This document shows positions 28,421 to 42,400 of a stretch of 59,598 nt of DNA, in pieces. The stretch is taken from NCBI GenBank assembly GCA_050575255.1, contig JBNZDD010013687.1:5995012-6054609 (forward strand). Reading direction: 5' to 3'. Each line of letters opens with the position of its first letter. Position 1 is the stretch's first letter. Below the pieces are notes generated by a model. That model was not told the origin of the DNA and made no database searches. It saw nothing but the letters and a program-made list of their open reading frames with translations. Both the position numbers and the translations under genes were made by a program. The stretch comes from Harriotta raleighana (lineage: Eukaryota).

Positions 28421-28542
28421 CTGCAAACTCGTCATCAGCTGTCCCTTCATTCAGGGCATTGACTGACTTCTTTACAGAGATGGGACTAGATCCCAGACCA
28501 GAGAGGAGAGTAACGTAAGGTGGGCCTTCAAAGAGATATGAT
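28421..28542 (-). other. Candidate exon
   Basis: Pyrimidine tract tctcactcctctctttccatctttatgtcccacctcag| and donor GCAG|gtaaaa. One frame is open (SYLFEGPPYVTLLSG...DDEFA) but I do not recognise a homolog. Confidence 0.3.
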
Positions 28543-31500
28543 CTGAGGTGGGACATAAAGATGGAAAGAGAGGAGTGAGACATAGTGGTGGAGGCAAAAA
28601 CACCATGAATATTGGAATTTTATAAGACTTTAGACCTTGCCATGAAAGGTATAACCAACAATTTGTTAATTAATTTTGCACACAGACAAGAGGGTGCCCC
28701 ATGAAAAACAATCCAATTAATGTTGACAAGAAGTATGAAACTCATTCACTAGCCCTTTAGCTCCAGGATTACATCCTCCCCATCGCTCAGTGATTATCTT
28801 GACATCATACTACTCCCCATTAGCAATTGCACCCACCTTCCCCTATTATGTCAAATAACAGGGAAATTATACTTTAATACTGCATTACAGTTAATGTGTG
28901 AAGCTACATTCCCAGCTTTTTGTTTATTAAAAAAGAGAGGATTTCACTTCATACTCTTCTGTTGTGAGAAGCTTTCTAATTTCTAACATAATAAACCAGA
29001 AGTTGCCGGAGGGAAGCGGAATGCAATTTCACCAATGTTGAACGGGTTAATATTTAGCAATAGAAGTTGAATTGTTCAATCTCTCCATAAGGCTAATGCA
29101 CAGCTAAACTCTTGCTTCCAAAGCCAGCAATGTGGCACTCAATTATTCCAAGGTGAATTGTAATGCAAATGCAATTTTGGACCCAAACCATTCACAATAA
29201 AAACCCAGTCCTTTATGTGTGTCAAACATAATCTACGGTCTCCACTGCACCCACACTCTTCTTCCTATTCAACTGAGCATCTGATTTGTACTGCTAAAGA
29301 GATCATTCAACAATTCAAAGCATGAGATAAATTATCCATTTCTAAATATGACAAACCAGGTTAATTTTTGTCGGGTAAGATCCGCATCGCACAAAATTAA
29401 GTTAGTACAAATCACTGCAGCATTTCCATTAAATAGATCTAAAAGCTCAATGACACTCCTCCCCCAACCATCATTGTGTGATGTGCTATTCTAACCACAT
29501 ACCTCCTTCCCCCCACCCTCATGTGCACTGTGATGGTGATGGAAGCTGACTTGGTTGCAGCTGGAAATGCCCACCAGCAAATCTTTAGAACTAACTCAGC
29601 TTTTGATTTTCTCACTAGTGAGCCATATCCAAAGCACTTCATCTTCCAAACCGTATACAATAGGTTGACAATGTTACATCTCTCAAGCTTCCATTCAGCC
29701 TTCAAACTGGACCAAATATCTGTGACGTCAACACAATTGGAACAACAAATACTTGCGTTTATCTAGCGCCATTCACGGGAGCAGCTTTATTAGCAGAATA
29801 CTCCAAACTTCAACTGCAAAAGCAAGACAACAAACACAGGAGGAGGGTGGGGGGGGAAACGGGAAAAGAGCGAGTAAGGCAAATTAGGTGGGCAAATGTA
29901 CAAGGCAAATTCTATAATAAATCAGGTTTAAAAGGCAACAGACAAACTCCCTACCGTCAACAGAGACATAGCCACATGCCGTCTTCATAAGTAAAATCCA
30001 TGTGTTCTTAATACAACTCTGTAAGCAATTTACATTTTGCCTTCAATGCATCTAGCACACAGCTGCAGCTCGGCTTTGGACAGAAAAGGCAGATAAACCT
30101 AATGTGTCAATGATACAATCAATGCACATTGCTCAGCAATCTCAATGTTACTCTGCCCTGGCTGACGCCTAGTCATTAATCAAAGCAGCTGCGAAACATG
30201 CATTCCTGTATCACTTTGAGAAACACGTGATCTCACCAAATGAACCCTTTTTAAAATGTCCAATATTGCTTAAAAGCAAAAAATGGTTATTCTACTGCTA
30301 TAAACAGTTCTTATATTGCGCTTCCCAACCTTGACATTGTGTGCTGCTGCTTTCTCCATAAACCCAGTGTGTAAATTGGAAAGAGGGCAGGCTGTTTTCA
30401 GACAGAAACATGCTTAAATGGCAGCATCACACTATTTGTTGATGGAAATTTCTCAACAGGCTTTCCCACCCATCCTGTTGGCTCATCAAGTCTAATGAAT
30501 AAGTGACTGAGCCACACAGACAGTTTGATCCTCTGTTTGGTGTAAAGTGTGTTGGTTTCAGGTGGAGATTGTACAATTAGCCTCAGAGTGCTGGATTTGA
30601 AAGAGGGTGGGAGTGGCGGGGAGAAGAGAGAAGGGCAAGTCAAAAAAATATCAATTAGGATTGTCCCTATAGATTCACCAGAGATCCCTGCTGGTGTTAT
30701 ACATGTGTGTGTACTTGGTGGGCAAGGCATCAAGTGATCGTGGAAAGAGAATCAAAAGCCTTCAAGAATAGAAGTGATAGATACAAGAGAGAAAAAGAAA
30801 ATATTGCATTTTTAACTCATGTGAACAAAAAAAACTGCAAATCAAACATGTATTTGAAATGGCTTAAAAACCTTCAGCAGGGTTTTGAGTTAACTGCTTG
30901 CCCCTGACCCACCGAAACAAAAACTCCCTCAGCATATTAAGAACATTATTCATTGATCCCTTTGCTGCAGGATGCACTACCCAAAGCACTGAAGTACTGT
31001 ATATGGTTTGGTAAAGATAATATAGGGTTAATTACTAATCAGAGACACATGCCCTGAAACAAAACATCTGACATTATTAAAGTAATGAAGTTCATTATTT
31101 CTTCGTGCTATAGCTCAGAAAATCACATGCAACTATCCCCTACAGAAATAGCATCTTGTGTCATTAGTTCTGTAAATCGGCTGCCATGCCATTGAACAGT
31201 ATCTAAGCCAGCGGATCACTGATGGAATTGAAAGATTATAATACTGCATTAACAGTCATAAGATGCTGTATAAGTGGAGGTGAAACATCACTATCAGATG
31301 AAACCTCTGTCTCACATCAACCAAGCTCAGTGCTTGGCACACGTTCATTTCCATGCAAAAAAAATTAAAAGGCAGGTTATATAAACGTGAGGCAGAATTA
31401 AGATATAAACCAATCGAGAGATTCAAATGACATTTACAACTTGTGAGAACAGAGCTCAAGGAGTTTAGGACTGGATCTGCAAATTAGTGAAAAATGTGAT

Positions 31501-32245
31501 CAGCCGAACCTTAAAAGAGAAAGATCATCCCAATGATTCATGTTGATGTTAAAAAGATCCCATCACAAATTTCAAGGGGAAGGGACTTCTGTCCTGATTC
31601 AAATTCACTTTCACTGCCATTCTGTCAAGTTTGCCTGCCTGCATGACAAATGTCATGACAGTTCAAAGTAACCCTTCACGTTCAGCCCCATTTGAGGTGA
31701 TAAAAGGCACCTTAACCATATACTATAACTCTTAAGTGGGGCGGGAGAAGGAAACTATTCAGTAACTTGTTTTTCCCCTTTAACAAATAAAAGTAACACT
31801 TTTAAACAGATTTTTTTGGGGGGTTGTGGGAGGAGGGGAAACAAGTCATAGACGTAGCATTGAAGTCTAAAACTGTTGCTGCAATCAGACGATAACACTC
31901 CCACAATTCTGGTTCACCAGCACAAAGCTGTCTGGTTTGAAATACACAACTTCTTTGTATATTCAAATAGAGTTATTCAATATCATCTTATTATTCACCC
32001 TGACACATCCTTCACCAAAACATATCTGCATGCATGTAGATACAGAATTCATATGTGGTGGTCGCAAAGATACACGTTTCGTGCATTTCTGATTGCATTC
32101 ATATAGCGCCCTTCATGCAGGTTAGCATCTCGGAGCACTTAAAAGTGAATTATCACACAATAAGTGTTGAACCAAGATCACCCCAATAGTTCACATAGAC
32201 ATTAAAGTTCCACTTCACAAATTTCAACAGGATGGGATTTCTCCC

Positions 32246-32543
32246 AGTTTCTGCAGCTCAATGGTTAGAGCGGTCATCTTGCAAGTGAGAGACCCGGGTT
32301 CGATTCCAGACAGAGCAAAACCTTGGACAAGTTTCCTTACTCTACATCTCTGATAAGAATCCCTCAAAAAAAAACTATTATAAACTGGTCACTTCAATCC
32401 ACAACTGATTGTGCGACACTGCTGTGCACAATTGGCTGCTGGGTTTCTCCCACAAATGTGCAGTCCATTCACATTACAGTATATTCTGTGAAGCGCTTTG
32501 AGATGTCTCGAAGGCGTGAAAGGCGCCATATCAAATGCAAGGA
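32246..32543 (+). mobile_element. tRNA-derived SINE, same family, tail A
   Basis: GCAGCTCAATGGTTAGAGC...GGGTTCGATTCC...TCAAATGCAAGGA. Confidence 0.9.
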
Positions 32544-32619
32544 GTCGGTTTTTCCTGTTCTCCTTCCCCCCACCCCGACCCCTCCCCTTGCTATCTTTCC
32601 CCCCTTTCTCCCCTAAACC

Positions 32620-32810
32620 CACTTCCATGATTGTTTGTGGGACACTGCTGTGCGCAATTTGGCTACCATGTTTTTTCGCCCATAAATATACAGTCAATTT
32701 TTCCTGCTTTCCTTTCCCCGACCCCTCCCACCCTGCTCTGATCCCTACTTGACTGTATAGCGCTTTGGGACGTCCTCCTGACGTGAAGGCGCTATATAAA
32801 TGTAATTTGG
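32620..32810 (+). mobile_element. 5'-truncated SINE with L2-derived tail (tail type B)
   Basis: SINE body joined at CAGTCAATTT|TTCCTGCTTTCC to GACTGTATAGCGCTTTGGGACGTCCTCCTGACGTGAAGGCGCTATATAAATGTAATT. Confidence 0.75.
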
Positions 32811-33120
32811 ATTGATTGGTTGATTGAAGGATGAATCTTATTGTTGCCATTTCTGTGGCGTTTGTCTGCATGACAAAAGTCACCACACTTCAAAGTAACC
32901 CATTTTGTACAATCCACACACGCTCAGGTACGAACCCTAACCCACCCACCTACACACACACTATCTTTCCTCCTCTCCATTCACATCCCCACAGACTTTG
33001 AACTATTGCAAAATACAGAGATTCCAACTGACCCCTTCAGCAGTTGAGAGGTGCACTGGCTAGCTTTCTTTGTGGGTGGGAAGGGGAGGGGGGCGGGGGC
33101 GAATGCAGTCATTTACTCAC

Positions 33121-33194
33121 ATGCGAGGCCAACCCCAAACTCTGAATTAAGGGATCCACCCAGACATTAAAAAACGGTGTGTCAATGCGAGAGC
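33121..33194 (-). other. Candidate non-coding exon
   Basis: attcag|GCTC ... GCAT|gtgagt; strong donor, weak pyrimidine tract. Confidence 0.3.
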
Positions 33195-33594
33195 CTGAAT
33201 GTGTGTGTGTAATTGTGTGTGTATATAAAAAGAGAAACACGAGGTAAGCGCTGTTAGCTGCCAGCTGTCACCCCCTCCCCGTCTGTACATACCATTTTAA
33301 TTAAACATCAGAAAGGGTGGATGTATATAACTGAAACAAACACAACGAACTCTCTCCTCAGGTGATTGTGACAGATCAGATTACAACCCCGACTTTAGAT
33401 CTGGGTTGGGTGCGGGAGGGAGATACAGTATCTTTTAAAAACCATTCCTGGTTTGGCTTTGCAACACACTCTTTCTCTCTCTCTCTCACACACAAACACA
33501 CACACACACACCTGACCGCAGAGAAACGCATCAAAATCTCATCTTTTTGTTATAAAATTGTTCTTTGCTGCAGCTCCACCAGCAACAATCATTA

Positions 33595-33780
33595 AATTCA
33601 CACATACACACACACACCATTAGATCGATATACACACAATTAGATTGACACACCATCAGATTGATATACACACACACACACCATTCAATTAGTACACACA
33701 CATCTTGAAATCCACACACATACACACACACACCATGAAATTGATATACACGAATACACAGCTTGAGATTGATGCACACA
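33595..33780 (+). repeat. Compound (CA)n / CCATTAGATTGATAT degenerate minisatellite
   Basis: Repeated ACACACACCAT(T/C)AGATTGATAT-like units. Confidence 0.7.
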
Positions 33781-34715
33781 AACTTCCTAGCGCCTTGGGA
33801 CGTCCTCCTGACTTGAAAGGCTCCCTCTAATATGAGTGCAATTTTGTTGTTGTTGTTAAAATTGACATTAACCTCACCCAACGCCGACTCCGCGATCACT
33901 AATGATTTAAACCATCTCTTTGACATCACAGTCGGTGATTCCACCGAATCAGGATTTGTTTATGCAATACAAAAATGGGTGAGGAGAGTAACGGGAGGTG
34001 GGAGAGGAGACACACATAGACAGACAAGCAAAACTTGCATTTATTTGGTCAAGTTATTGGCCCCCTCTCCCCTACCTCACCTCTCTCTTCCCCCTCCCCC
34101 GACCTCCCTGCACCGGACCAAATCCGCAGAAGTAGGAACAGCTGCGAAATGTATGGCATTCAGTGAGGATTCCCCACCCGGTAAGGAGCCAGACAGGAGC
34201 CAGACCAGCCGGAGATTATGATGGATAGGGATGGGGTGGGTGAAGAAAGAGAGAGAGAAAACACACAGAGATCTGATCTAACAAGCTAACAGGAGCGTGA
34301 GAGCCCCCACCCGCCTCTCCTCGACAACTCGCACCTTCTTTTGTTGCTCGCTTGACAAACCAAACCCTCTCCTCTCCAGCAGGGCACCCTGTGCAGTCTC
34401 GGTCCCCTGGCACAAAGCTTTCACTCCTTGATGTCCAGCTCCTAATCCTAAACCTCCTACTTTCTAAACCTCTTCCAGTTCCGAGCCCCCCACCCCCCCT
34501 CCCCGCTACTTCCTCAGCCTCTAAGATCCCACCGCTACACAAGCTCCTGTTTCCTAGTCCAAGTGCCCCTGGTTCTCAAATCCCTGGATCGTATACACAG
34601 AGACTCAGGAGCCCAGCCCTGAGCTCCTCTCTTTCACAAATTCTTCAGCCCTGGATTCCTGCCTCTGGTCACCAGCCCCTCAGTTCCCAGCCTCTGGTCT
34701 CTAGTCTTTGAGCCA

Positions 34716-34826
34716 CAGCCCCTAATGGCCAGCCTCTAGCCCCCAGCCCCTAATGGCCAGCCTCTACCCCCCAGCCCCTAATGGCCAGCCTCTACCCCCC
34801 AGCCCCTAATGGCCAGCCTCTAGCCC
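34716..34826 (+). repeat. 28-bp minisatellite x4 (CAGCCCCTAATGGCCAGCCTCTASCCCC)
   Basis: Units start at 34716, 34744, 34772 and 34800. Confidence 0.95.
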
Positions 34827-34874
34827 ACAGTCACACCCATCGCCCGTGCGGCAACCTGGCATTTTGTACCTTAC

Positions 34875-35070
34875 TTCTTTTTGTGTTCCTGGTGCATTAC
34901 CCAACACAATAAAAGTCAGTCATGGGGGGGGGGGAGTGGACGGGGGAGAAAAAAAACTCCTTACCAACAAACTGCACCCATCTGTGAGGCAACGTCCATA
35001 TTTTTTTCCCTTTTCCTTCTTTACAAAAGGATTCAGTTTTTTAACAATTTCCTTTGGTTGCAGGTGACAT
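34875..35070 (-). other. Candidate first (5'UTR) exon of an unidentified minus-strand gene
   Basis: Lies just downstream of the promoter motifs and ends at GAA|gtaagg (or AAG|gtacaa 5 nt further). The start site is approximate. Confidence 0.35.
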
Positions 35071-35589
35071 CATCCTGTTTTGCCTGCAGAAGGGAGGTAG
35101 GGAGAAAGGGTGGGATGTGCGCATGCGCTGAAGAGGCGAGCGGGTGGTGGAGTGGTGAAGCCGTGCAGGCCGCGGTGCGAGGCGGTAGTTGTAGTTCTCT
35201 CGCTCCTCCTTTATCACGGTGCGGACTCACAATGGGCGGGGGAGGATAGAAGGACTGTAACTCCCAGAGTGTCCAGCGGCTTGGAGTGGTACTACCCTCT
35301 CCTCACGGGAGCGTGTGATTGGCTGGAGATAAGCTCCACCTCCCCCGCCTGGTTCCCCATTGATGAAATGTTGCAATGTTGTCGCGGATATTTTGTGTCC
35401 CTGGGACCTGTGTGTGCACCTGGTCAGCCTCCTTACACTGCAAATAACTAACTACCTGTCTAACCTATTGATTTCTTTAAACAATTAACTAACAAACTAA
35501 GTCATGCCACAATTGATGGTACTGGATTTTAAGCGTCTTGCGATGTGCTCCCGACTTGAAAGGCACTGTACAAATGTAATTGTTTTGTT

Positions 35590-35915
35590 CGAGGAGAGAG
35601 ATGATGGGATGGAGGGGGGGGAGAGGAGGGGGTAGTGGGGGAGAGCGAGGAAGGGATGGAGGGAGGAACGGCGAGGGGATGGAAGGAGAAGAGAGACGAG
35701 GGGATGAAGGGGAAGAGAGAGGAGGGGATGGAAGGGGAAGAGAGAGTAGGCTATGTGGGTGTGGGGGGAAGAGGAGGGGATGGGAGGGGAGAGAGAGGGG
35801 GAGATGGAGCGGGTGGAGAGGAGGGGAGGCGAGAGAAAGGGAGAGAGAAGAGAGGATGGCGGAGAAAGAGACGAGGGGGTGGAGAGGAGGGTATGTGTGC
35901 GTGGTGGGGGGGATG
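35590..35915 (+). repeat. Purine-rich (GA/GGA) low-complexity tract
   Basis: Almost only G and A; produces the spurious G/R/E-rich ORFs in the track. Confidence 0.85.
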
Positions 35916-38900
35916 AAGTTTCAGATGGAAAATGAATTTGCTATAGTGCATCATTAAAAAATGTTTTAAAACTTTTTTTCCATGTATGTACAAAATTGAA
36001 GGAGGTTTTTGCCTTCCTTGTCTCCCCCCAGCCCCACACACTCTCCTTCCCCACCCCGGGGGGGGATCGTTGCACCAATTCAGTAATTTTGAGAAGCAGG
36101 ACACGGCCAACCAAGCGACCCATGAGAAAACTGTTATGTTACGATTAATGCTCGCGAAAGTTTCAGAAAGTCATGTGTGTATATATATATAAAAAATTTG
36201 AAGTGGCCTAAATTGCAAATGCAGGGATGCAAACATTTGAAGTTTCCTCTAAGGATTTCGAAGATTGTTTTATCTGAAGAAATTGCAGCGGTTATTGAAA
36301 AAAGAGCAAATGCAGACAGGATCCCATTCAGTCGAGCAATATTGGGTTGCGTCGATACAGAGATTACGTGCGTGTGTGTGGAAAGGACAGGCGTGTTGTG
36401 TTGTATTATCTGTTTTTGCGATGGATCCAATGTTCAGGTCTTCAACCCGGGTGTAAATTGACCTGCCTTTTTACCCATACTAGCAATACTAAATGCAAGG
36501 ATTATTATTATTCATTATTATTATTATTATCCTTCAACACTGTGTGTTATACAGTACAGATACAATTCTGCCATAGGGAGTTTCTAATCTCCAGCACAAA
36601 CTCCCCACATAAGCCATTTGCCTGAAGAATGTTTTTAGAAGAAGCTTTGAATGTGGGAAGAGAAGAAACATAGAAATGTTCAGTCTGAAGCAAAGTCATT
36701 CATTCCATCTCATCTGTGACATCGCTCCCTGTATTCATGCCAGTTTCCAGCTCTCTTATCTGTTTAAGTCCCACCTTTAAATGTATTTATTTGCCCGCAT
36801 CTATGGGCACTTGCTCGCTCTCCCTTGTTTACTGTCCAACCCTATCTTGTTATTCTACATTAGTANAATTTAATTAGTATTTAATAATAATAAAATGTTA
36901 TTTAATTTCGACATGGTCAAAACCANGTCAGTATTTAATAATAATAAAATGTTATTTAATTTCGACATGGTCAAAACCATATTATTGTTTACCATGTGAA
37001 GCGTTTTAAGATGTCTCAACGACATGATAAGATGCAACATAAAGTGTACGGATTGTTATTACACTAACATTAACTTGCATTTATATAGCATCTTTCATAT
37101 CAGTAAGACAAGAACGGCAATGTTGTTGTTGTTCCCCAATTCCTTAGCGCTAAGGTGATTATTCAGTTTACTTTTGAATGATTCTGGAAACTAGAAAGTG
37201 GTGGTTGGTGGGTGGTCAAGTGGAGTGGGTTGGGGGTGCAAATGGTGAGGAGGATGTTTCATCTCACTTACTACAAATGCAAAATACTGCAGAGAGAAAA
37301 TGCTACAAACTGGAATAGGGGGTGAGTATAGCAAAGCTGCCTTTGAAGTAGCCAATTTTTTTTGGCTCTCTGCCAAAACCCCAATGCAAGTTCTCTCTCG
37401 CCCCACAGCACCAGTGTGTCAAAGCAACGCACAAGCCACAAGAACCGCTTACAGGAGGAAAATAGTTTTCAGAGCTCACATGCTAAGCCGCAACACGTTT
37501 CAAATCCAGACCTGGGTGTTTGCGGTTTTCCCTGACATTTTTTTCTGCCGCATAAATTATTCAACAGAAAGATGAGTTTAAAAAGATAGGAGGCAGTCTG
37601 TCCCATCTGCTTATCTCTCACAGACTTCTAAATTTACTTGGTTTCTCTATCTCTCATAATTATTTTGTTAGTATTACATGTTTCATTCCACAAAGCACAA
37701 CATAAATTAGTTTGCGCAGATTTCAGATGAATAAGTGAACCACTTTCAATAAAATGGCTGCTGTGTTTTATTTTAAGAACACCGTTTTTTATTTCACCAG
37801 TGGAGCAGTTAGCACAGTCGAGATGGTTTAAATGGCCTCCTTCTGTGCTGTAAACTACAATTTGCATCATCCAAGTCGCACAGTTTCCTGGCACAAGGCA
37901 CAAAGAAATGTATTCATCTGAACACAGTGCTCCATCATGCAATTTTTGTTATGCATCACAGCGAGAGCATAACCCAATTGGATTTTAATGTAACAGTTAT
38001 TTAGAAAATAAACAGAATTAGAAAATGATGTAGCACTTTGATGCACTTCCTGTTCTGCGTTGTCATGAAGACCTTTATGCTCTGATCTTACTCGGAGGCA
38101 TCTCACGATGTTAAGTATCAGCTGATCTGCTGTCCATAAGGCCAGAACTAATTTTAAAATGGGTGAATTCACTGCTGTCCCCATCACATGTCACACTACT
38201 CGTAAAACAAAGAACAGCTTCAAACATCTGGCATCATGTGGACATTGTGGTTTACATCATCTCGACCATTATTTAACCATTTATGGAACACTAAACTAAC
38301 CACAAACTTTTATCACAGAGATCAGGAAAAAAAGAACTTTTGACAAAACGATTAGATCGCAAGCACAACAGAACGCTTTATAAAGGTCCCTTTTTCTCCC
38401 TCTGAAAAACAACGATGGCTCCTTGCTATTGCTGCAGTAAATCTCAAAGCATCACATAGATATGCACTTTAGGCCTTCTTCTTTTGGACTTTGCCATGAT
38501 TTTTAAATAATTATTCAGAGAATGCAGGAGAATGCAAGACAAGCTGGCCTGCCTGTTGTTAGTTTCCAATAGTCAATCATAAATGAAGCTCTGCTGGGCA
38601 ATTTATTTGCAAGAGAACAATGGTGAGCATTTTATCATATCAAGCTGATATATCAAAGGATTTTCTTCAAACATACCTTTTTCTGATAGGACACACAGTA
38701 AAGAGAAATAATTGTCCTCAACTCAGCATTATGATGCTCCTGTGTTGCATTTTCGTGCTGTCCTACAAATGAGAAGTTAAGATAAGATCTTGTCTGACTG
38801 TTCAGATGAACTTTTGAAGATCTCTTGTCGCTATTCAAAACGTGAAGGGAGATCCTCTTGATGTACTGGTCTGCAATTCTCCAGATGAAATCGGTCATGG

Positions 38901-39129
38901 CTGCTTGTGGGGGCATCGCAGTGCACAAACTAACAGTTGCATTTGACTACAAACACACTCACTGCACTTTACAATAAATCATGAAACATTCAAACATCAT
39001 GTTAGTGCCTTGGAGTGCTTTACACAGCTGTCTGGAAGTTCAGAGGAACAGGGTAGCGAAACATGGTAAAAATTTGAGGACAAAGAAGGAAACTGCAAGG
39101 CTCTGGTATAGAGTTCCAAAAATAAAGTA

Positions 39130-39422
39130 ATGATAATAATACTTGCATTTGATGTAACGCTTTTCACATCTTTTATTTGTCTTAAAGCTTCACAAATTAT
39201 GCTGAAAAGTGAATTGATTGTACATTGTGGGCAAAACGTGGCAGCCAATTGCACACAGCAGTGTCCCATAAACAGTTGTGGATTGAAATGACCAATTTAT
39301 TATTATTTTCTTGAGGGATTAGTAAGGGAACTTGCCCAAGGTTTTTTCCCTGCCTGGAATTAAACCAACCCAGGTCTCTCGCTTGTGAGGTGAGTGTTCG
39401 AACTAAGGAGCAACAGGACTCC
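39130..39422 (-). mobile_element. tRNA-derived SINE, same family, tail A
   Basis: Full head, body and tail on the minus strand. Confidence 0.85.
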
Positions 39423-42400
39423 ACTATTATTATTTTAAAATAAATTAAAAGGCTAAGATTAGATGGTATTTTGGACCTTGGGTCCTACAACCAGTGATTA
39501 AACTAGGCAGATATCTAGTGACTAGTTTGAAATGAAATGGAAAATATAGTTTCTCATGATGCTGTACCCTGTACACTCTATGCTAAGAGGCCAGCAAACC
39601 GAATAAAACAGAAGATAACAGCTGAACACATTCATCAACTCCGAACCCAACGTGCTTCATCACCCACTCCAGTCATTAGCAGATTCGCTGGATGAACGTG
39701 CTTATGCAAGGAAATTTATGGTTTAAGACGAAGCTGTATGTGGGACACTGCTGTGTGCAAATTGGCTGCTGTGTTTGCCCAAGAATACAAGTAGTCACTG
39801 TCTTTAGAGTATATATTGTGAAAAGATTTTGGATGCATTAAATGTAAAGATTATTATTAATAATAATACTAATAAATCTACTTGAATTTAGAGTTTTGGG
39901 TGCATAATTGTTCCTGGTCATTTGGTGAGGTGAGGCCGTTTATAAGTAGGAATTTCGCTCTGCGTTATCCACATTGCCAATGGGATTTCTATGGCTCCAC
40001 ACTATTAAAAATGCTACAATGTGATACTGAATAGAATTTATCCCCCTAAGTCTTGTCTTGAAAATTTCAATTCGTGCAAAATTTGTTAATTCGGTTCTAA
40101 CCTGAAAGATGGTTTTCCGCAGTTCTTAGAAAAAAAAACGGCTTCCAATTGAGGAGAGGTTTAACAAATTATTATGCAGTTCAATTGCACAAACTCAATA
40201 AGTCTGAATTTGTACCTCAGCTTTCCCTGTAAGTCCAGGTACAATTTGAGAGCAAGTGAATTTGTGCTGATAATGATATTTTGTTTCATTATTCTCTCCC
40301 ATGTTGACTGAATAACTGGAATGTTCTCAAAAGTCAATAGTTGCTCTATTGCTGTTGAAACTAAACCAAGTAAGTAGTCAACAGCAGTCTTATGACATGG
40401 TATAGTATTCAGTAAGATATAATGCACAGTTTGTGGGCCCAATGTAAAACTCTGGAAAACGGCAATGTTTCCAACCTCTGCAGAATGAGAATTTTAGAAG
40501 AACTTTCACTGAAAATAGAAAACTCATCCTATTACTATATACAGTAGTGTGATTTCCATAGCTCATCTGTAATTTTAGATTGTGAAAAGAGGAAAATACT
40601 GCAGAGTGGTTTCTATTCTATTTGTGGACATTGCTGTTCACATTTCACACAAAAAATGGACATAAGTCATTTTACATTCCATTCCATGAAGCACTTTGAG
40701 ATGTCTCAATGGCATAATAAGGAGACGTATCAACTGCAAGGATTATTATATTTATTAAATCCACGCTTTAAGTGAGGTTTGAAGGGCACACCACTTATGA
40801 CCTGCTCATAGCTATGGAGGTGACTGCGACAATCATCTTCTCTCAGCTAACTTCACTGCAGTCACAGTTGCTGCGTCATTGTAGGTATCGGATTAGCCCA
40901 GTTAGTCACACTTTTGCCTCTGGGTCAGAAGATTGTGAGTTCAAGCCTCATGAGGTAATTGAGACTCATAGTCTAGGCTGACACACAAAATCAGCACAGG
41001 AAAATTGCTGCATTGTCAGAGTTCTAATGGTTACATTGATGTCCCATAACCTGTCTCCTCTAGGTGTTTCTCCTGGTGACATCCAGATTGACTGAACTGA
41101 CCCTTTACAGATTGCTGGTGCAAATGGATGGTGTGAAATGATTTGAAGCGTCCTCCTGATGTGAAGAGCGCTACAAAAATATAAACTGTTATTGTTTGAT
41201 CATAAAAATAGTTACTATACTTGGCGGCAATTAACATAAAGAGCTTAGAGACATTTTGACATGATGGCTTTCTTCTTTCTATTTCCCCTATTCACTCTCA
41301 TGAGGATATATGTCTCTGGCAGAAGCTCATTCTCACATCTAAATGGGTGTCTTAAATTACAGTTGAATGAGACAAGAAAGCAAGACAACATATTTGCATC
41401 TCTTCAATGACAGCTCAACAGCAATAGCAGCCCACACATGTCTTTCCAAGTAGCCTGGGGGCAATGAGAGAGAGAGTGGAGTCATTTCTCTCAATTGAAA
41501 GCCATCTCACTTAATGAATAGGTTGGTCACGTACGATGCCCAAAATAAAAATGACTGTGGAGGTTGACTACCACTCAGGAGCCCGCCTTGATTTCTATGT
41601 ACTACACTGTTGGTGAAGCAGGTGTGGTCGGTCATAGGGTCCTGTCAAAATGGGAGAGGGATAGAAATTCTTAACAAAAGGCCTGAAATTCCACCTTGTC
41701 TCTGGGTGTAAGGTCATTTTGCCTTAAAATATAAATTGTCTCAATTTTCTTGCCCACAAAATACAGTAAATATCACATAAGTAGTATCAGTTGGGAGCAT
41801 ACATTTTATTTATCTTATGTAAAGTATGAGTTAAATTAAACTTGCATAGAATATATATTCTTGAATACTCTTAGGCAGATATACTATTTAGGCGATTGCA
41901 CGATTTATACAGATTAGACTCATGTGTGTTAATCCACTTAACAGTACATTATGTGAAGCACTTTTAGGTGTCTCAATGATGTGATAAGGTGATATATCAA
42001 ATACAAGGATCATTATTCATTCTTACTATTATTGACTTGGAAAATGGGCTCTTTTTAAGAACTGGGAGCAGAGCAGGCCAACTACATGATGGCTGAAATC
42101 AACGTATTTTGCATAATTCTAACAGCGACGACAAAAAGAGACAACTTATCTGTGACCGGGCTCCTCATTTAATGCATCTGAAAATAATAATATTTGCATT
42201 TGCAGTTTTCATGTCAGGAGGACACATATCATAGCAGTTACTGGAAAGTGTAGCGACTGTGCATTTGTAGGAAAAGGCAGCAGCCCATTTAGGCACACCC
42301 TTGTTCCACAAACAGCCGTGAAGTGAATGAACAATTTTATTGGGGATGGTGGGAGGTGGGGGCTTGTTGGACAGGATCGCATGAGGAACACCTTTCTCTT

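Larger units (their letters stand above)
34100..35420 (-). promoter_or_regulatory. CpG-island-type promoter, probably driving a leftward (minus-strand) transcript
   Basis: Local GC and CpG enrichment. NRF1-type TGCGCATGCGC 35118-35128, GC boxes GGGCGGGG 35234-35241 and CCCCGCC 35342-35348, ATTGG (CCAAT on minus) 35318-35322, CRE-like TGACATCA 35065-35072. Minus-strand donor candidates at 34874/34869. Confidence 0.7.

Noticed and set aside
32389-32886. 165-aa minus-strand ORF, among the longest in the track
   Set aside because: It is an antisense read-through of SINE and L2-tail sequence, not a gene.
35580-35957. Overlapping G/R/E-rich ORFs (also 5363-5638)
   Set aside because: They are translations of GA-rich low-complexity DNA.
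36876-36979. Exact 50-bp tandem duplication
   Set aside because: It is bounded by single Ns at 36866 and 36926, so it is most likely a contig-overlap assembly artefact.
40161-40442. ORF with G-PQTVHYI...LLGL resembling KCNK16 last exon (GTDPSKHYI...WILLGL)
   Set aside because: Wrong spacing, missing the conserved Y and W residues, and no properly phased acceptor.
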